DNA of 62,650 nucleotides from an uncultured Faecalibacterium sp. (GTDB lineage: Bacteria; Bacillota; Clostridia; Oscillospirales; Ruminococcaceae), in the NCBI GenBank assembly GCA_900765705.1, contig CAAFSR010000019.1, positions 1-62,650 on the forward strand. Reading direction: 5' to 3'. Numbering within the stretch: position 1 is the first letter of the stretch; each line of letters starts with the position of its first letter. The translations under genes and the position numbers were made by a program. Shown here piece after piece: positions 59,786 through 62,650 of this stretch. The notes beneath the pieces are model-generated. The model saw only the letters and a program-made list of their open reading frames with translations, ran no database searches and was not told where the DNA came from.

Positions 59786-62188
59786 TCATCTGCGGCGGAA
59801 AAAGCTTCCGATGCGTTCCAGCAGGCTCTTTTTTCTGGGCGGAGTAGTGGTGGCAACAGGCTTTGCAGCCGGGTGCGGTGCATCCGGCACTTTGGGGGCA
59901 GGCTGCGCCAAGCGGGGCTTATTGTTCAGCATCTGCTCCAGTGCCTCGTAGTGGTCTGGCTGCTGCGCCGCCGTGGCGGTTTCCGCCATCTTTTCCGGTG
60001 CAGGCTGGAACACATGGGGCAGCTCCTGCTTGAGCTGCTCTACGGTAACTTCCTGACAGACTGCCGCCGGTTTTTCCGCTTCCGGCGCGGGGGTGGTGCA
60101 CTTCCACGGCTCGGGGCGCTGCCAGTCGTTGCGCAGCAGCTCGTACATGCCCATCTGGCTGTTGACCGGCGGCTCGCCGTCGGCGGGCTTCACCTTCTGA
60201 TAGTTGCCGTTGGCATCCATGACCCGGGCATTGACGTTATCCCGCAGCTGCAGCTGAAGGATATCGGTGAGCTTTTGTACCAGAACGGGGTCCTCCACCC
60301 GGACACCCACCTCCACGCGGCACTCGGTATTGCGGGTAAGGAAATCGCCGGAGGCAATATAGATGCGGGTGTGGGTGCCATCGTAGAAGCTGTAGATGCG
60401 GCCATGCTCCAGATAGCGTCCCACAAGGCTGCGGATGTGCAGGTTCTCGGTCTTGCCGGGCACCTCTGCACGCACGCAGCAGATGCCGCGCACGATCATA
60501 TCGATACGCACCCCGGCGCAGCTGGCTTCCTGCAGCTTCAGAATGATATCCCGGTCGCTGATGGAGTTGTTTTTCAGGATCATGGAAGCCGGGCGGCCCA
60601 TGCGGGCGGCGGCGATGACATGGTCCATCTCGTCCAGCAGCACGCTCTTGAAGCGCAGCGGGGCAACCAGCATCTTGTCGCTTTCCTCGGTGAGCTGCTG
60701 CACGGCCAGATTGCGGAACACCTTGGAGGCCTCCTCGCCGATGCGCTCGTCTGCGGTGATAAAGGAGAGGTCGGTGTACAGCTCGCTGGTTTTTTCGTTG
60801 TAGTTGCCGGTACCGATCTGGGTAATGTAGGAGTAGCCCTCTGCGCCTTTGCGGGTGATAAGGGTCAGCTTGGAGTGCACCTTGTAGTCCTCGAAACCGT
60901 AGATGACGGTACAGCCGGCGCTTTCCAGCTGCTTGGACCAATCGATATTGTTCTGCTCATCAAAGCGGGCGCGAAGCTCCACCAGTGCCACCACTTCCTT
61001 GCCGTTTTCAGCGGCCTCCATCAGCGCCTGCACGATCTGGGATTCCCGTGCCATGCGGTAGAGGGTCATTTTAATGGAGATGACATCCGGGTCCTGTGCG
61101 GCCTTTTTAAGCATGGTGATAAAGGGACGGATGGACTGATACGGATAGCTGAGCAGTACATCGTGCTTCTGCACCTCGGTGGCAAGATCATAGTCCGGTG
61201 GCGGCAGCATGGGCCGGGCGGGGGCGTAGAACAACGCCGGGTGTCCCTCGGCCTCCATGCGGCCGGAAAGCTTGAAGAAGAAGCTCAGGTCCAGCGGGCT
61301 CTTTTGCTGGAACACCCGCTTGCGGGTCAGCTCCAGACGGCTGCACAGCAGCCGCTCCACCTCCGGTGCGGGGGTGGGGGTGATCTGCAGACGGACAGCC
61401 GCCAGCTTGCGGCGGCGCCGGAGCAGCTCGGTCATGATCTCGCGATAATCGATATCGTGATCCATCATGCCCTCTTTTACATCGATATCCGCGTTGCGGG
61501 TGACCCGGAACAGGCATTTTTCCTGAATGGAATCCTTGCCGAAGATGCTGGAAGCATAGTGCAGCACCAGCTCATCCGTAAGCGCAAACTGCACGATGCC
61601 ATCCTTTTTGATAAAGTGCATCCGTTCCATCTGGCTGGAGATGGGCACGATGCCAAGGCTCTGCTCCTGCGTGTGCTTTTCCTTAAGCAGCACGCCCAGA
61701 TAGATCTCCTTGTTGCGCAAAAACGGGAACGGGTGGCGGTTATCCACGATCTGCGGGCTGAGGATGGGGAACAGTTCGGACTGGAAGTATTTTTTCCAGA
61801 GATGCTCTTCCTCCTTGGTCAGGTGGTCGAACTCCACCTTGCGATAGCCGTTTTCGGCCAAATTTTCCAGCGCCTTTGCGTAGAACTTATCGCATTCCTC
61901 CTGCAGCTGCGCCGTTTTGGGCATAATGGCAGCCAGCTGCTCGGCGGCGGTCATGTTGGTCTTGTTTTCCCGCTTTTCCTTTTTGGTCTTGCCCTGCTCA
62001 AGGTTTGCACGCTCCTGCAAAGAGCCCACGCGCACCATGAAAAACTCGTCCAGATTGGAGCCGTAAATAGCCAGAAACTTGATGCGTTCGCCCAGCGGGA
62101 CGTTTTTGTCCTTGCCCAGCGCCAGAACGCGGCGGTTGAAATCCAGCCAGCTCAGTTCGCGGTTGATAAAGATCGATCCATCACTCAT
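59786..62188 (-). CDS. ppk1: Polyphosphate kinase 1 with C-terminal extension
   Basis: NRELSWLDFNRRV, NLDEFFMVRV, ELRARFDE, KVHSK, GTGNYN and GRYLEH motifs. Confidence 0.96.
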   Translation of the reverse strand: MSDGSIFINRELSWLDFNRRVLALGKDKNVPLGERIKFLAIYGSNLDEFFMVRVGSLQERANLEQGKTKKEKRENKTNMTAAEQLAAIMPKTAQLQEECDKFYAKALENLAENGYRKVEFDHLTKEEEHLWKKYFQSELFPILSPQIVDNRHPFPFLRNKEIYLGVLLKEKHTQEQSLGIVPISSQMERMHFIKKDGIVQFALTDELVLHYASSIFGKDSIQEKCLFRVTRNADIDVKEGMMDHDIDYREIMTELLRRRRKLAAVRLQITPTPAPEVERLLCSRLELTRKRVFQQKSPLDLSFFFKLSGRMEAEGHPALFYAPARPMLPPPDYDLATEVQKHDVLLSYPYQSIRPFITMLKKAAQDPDVISIKMTLYRMARESQIVQALMEAAENGKEVVALVELRARFDEQNNIDWSKQLESAGCTVIYGFEDYKVHSKLTLITRKGAEGYSYITQIGTGNYNEKTSELYTDLSFITADERIGEEASKVFRNLAVQQLTEESDKMLVAPLRFKSVLLDEMDHVIAAARMGRPASMILKNNSISDRDIILKLQEASCAGVRIDMIVRGICCVRAEVPGKTENLHIRSLVGRYLEHGRIYSFYDGTHTRIYIASGDFLTRNTECRVEVGVRVEDPVLVQKLTDILQLQLRDNVNARVMDANGNYQKVKPADGEPPVNSQMGMYELLRNDWQRPEPWKCTTPAPEAEKPAAVCQEVTVEQLKQELPHVFQPAPEKMAETATAAQQPDHYEALEQMLNNKPRLAQPAPKVPDAPHPAAKPVATTTPPRKKSLLERIGSFFRRR

Positions 62189-62247
62189 AGCAAAATATCT
62201 CCATATTCCTCTTCGACCACGGCGGACGGCGTGCAGCTATCCCCTTT

Positions 62248-62592
62248 TCAGCGGACATACGCCTGCCCTGCCCATGAATCCACCATCGCCCGGGTAATGC
62301 CCGGCACCTGTGCGGCATCCTCCACCTGTGCAAACGGGCCGTGCTGCGCACGGTAGTCCAGAATCGCCTGTGCCTTGCCGGGGCCGACACCGGGCAGGGT
62401 GCACAAAGCCTTGGCATCGGCTGTGTTCAGCTCCACCTGCGTATAAGTTGTAAGCTCCTTTGTGTCCGGCAGCGGCAGCTGCGTTTGCGGGTGCAGCGGT
62501 ACTGCAAACCGGAACGCCAGCCCTGCGCAGACCCCTGCAGCGGCAAGACACAGCAGCAGAAACAGCCCTTCGCGGCGCTTTTTGTTTTGCAT
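62248..62592 (-). CDS. comEA: ComEA family helix-hairpin-helix DNA-binding protein
   Basis: N-terminal TM and VELNTA...LPGVGPGKAQAILDYR...GPF...VPGI. Confidence 0.88.
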   Translation of the reverse strand: MQNKKRREGLFLLLCLAAAGVCAGLAFRFAVPLHPQTQLPLPDTKELTTYTQVELNTADAKALCTLPGVGPGKAQAILDYRAQHGPFAQVEDAAQVPGITRAMVDSWAGQAYVR

Positions 62593-62650
62593 AGGCTCTT
62601 CTTCCATTCTACCTGATTCTTTACTAAAAAGAAAGCCCTCTGCGGGAAAA

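Noticed and set aside
1..62650. CRISPR arrays, tRNA/rRNA, IS elements, prophage or defence genes
   Set aside because: No repeat-spacer periodicity, cloverleaf, transposase, integrase or phage ORFs seen by inspection

Overview
Core-chromosome window from a moderately GC-rich Clostridia-class gut bacterium. Gene content and order suggest Oscillospiraceae, probably Faecalibacterium (inference, not verified). I call about 61 CDS, 52 of them on the minus strand. A 28-bp Xer dif-like site at 325-352 suggests the replication terminus lies near the left end. Housekeeping blocks: phoH-ybeY-era-yqzL-recO-mutS2; hprK-murB-rapZ-whiA-dnaE-pfkA; guaA; secDF-nrdR; tig-clpP-clpX; rplS-lepB-ylqF-rnhB-yraN-thrC; comEA-ppk1. 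The main specialised locus is an 11-kb selenium-dependent molybdenum hydroxylase cluster: three Xdh subunits, yqeC, a Cys-type selD, yedF, a cysteine desulfurase, DUF3343, xdhC, yqeB, a divergent mocA-like gene and an NCS2 purine permease. It carries none of the purine ring-cleavage genes in this window and sits close to guaA. Other points of interest: a Na/Pi cotransporter-PhoP-PhoR operon with Pho-box-like repeats; divergent sporulation-type genes (gerA/B/C-like, spoIVFA/B-like) with sporulation-sigma-like promoters; a Ppk1 with a long tail ending in a MinD-like amphipathic helix; and several structured leaders. I saw no rRNA, tRNA, CRISPR array, transposase or prophage. Product calls come from recognised motifs and synteny, not database searches.
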